From a virus (Duplodnaviria; Caudoviricetes), in IMG/VR virus record IMGVR_UViG_3300010167_000013: a stretch of 64,000 nucleotides of DNA. The stretch is one strand, 5' to 3'. The number at the start of each line of letters is the position of its first letter. Position 1 is the stretch's first letter. This document shows, one piece after another, positions 63,580 to 64,000 of this stretch. The position numbers were made by a program, and so were the translations under genes. The notes below the pieces were generated by a model. That model was given only the letters and a program-made list of their open reading frames with translations. It did not search any database and was not told where the DNA came from.

Positions 63580-64000
63580 ATACTCTCCAAACCTTATGGG
63601 AGTCTCAGAAAAGGGCGCCTTAGAGATCTTTGACTCGTGAGACTTTTCTGGTAGAGATTCATCAGAAATAGCTCCAGCCGATCTTACCGAAAATCCCCTT
63701 TCCCCACTCTGCTTCAGTAGCAGAATATATTGATACCCAACATAGTCTTTCCCAATGTAGATATCCCTTCCCCAATTTGGTTTTGGAACAAATATGTTGT
63801 ACGGTTTTATTACATCGCCATACTTCTCATATATTTCAATGATAGCATCACGTAGATTAATTTCCTTGCTGAATGCCTCCCATCTAATGTATATTCCTTG
63901 ATTAGTCATGATGAGTCCATTGCTGTCTAGAGAGATTGAGGATTCTACAAACTTTCTCTTCTCTCTATCTGACAATGTCTTGTACAGTGCTCGTAGATCT
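63580..64000 (-). CDS. Multisubunit RNA polymerase beta-type subunit, upstream exon (runs off the window)
   Basis: YILLLKQ...FSVRSAG...LPEK...PIRFGEY. The frame is open to the window edge. Confidence 0.85.

Noticed and set aside
1-64000. Alternative genetic code (stop-codon reassignment), as seen in some large phages
   Set aside because: Long genes are intact in code 11, and TAA, TAG and TGA all end genes next to terminators or the next start. The one premature TAG (21191) is better explained by a frameshift.

Overview
This AT-rich window looks like part of a jumbo phage genome of the phiKZ/AR9 type that probably infects an anaerobic Bacillota host. Evidence: the 3' end of a phage multisubunit RNA polymerase beta-type gene split by a group I intron, a GroEL-like chaperonin, SbcD/Mre11, RusA-like and 5'-3' exonuclease genes, baseplate and many tail-fibre genes, GGAGG ribosome-binding sites, and XkdX- and CD1375-like fibre accessory genes. 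Two promoter classes recur: ATATATT(A/C)T before small accessory genes and RAC(A/C/G)-N6-TA before structural genes. The most striking content is two radical-SAM modules embedded among tail-fibre genes, which look like systems that post-translationally modify virion proteins. (1) A CXXX-repeat-type maturase carrying three inteins, two of them back-to-back at one site, lies near a large protein with about 90 Cys in CxxxC repeats that carries its own intein. (2) A pair of radical SAM enzymes lies next to a small fibre-like protein with a Ser/Asn/Tyr/Cys repeat tail. Also notable: a solo TnpB element inserted in a phage promoter whose predicted guide matches 14/15 nt of another promoter of the same phage, a candidate ~320-nt structured ncRNA downstream of that promoter, and a phage bactofilin. 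All family assignments come from motif recognition by eye; no searches were run.
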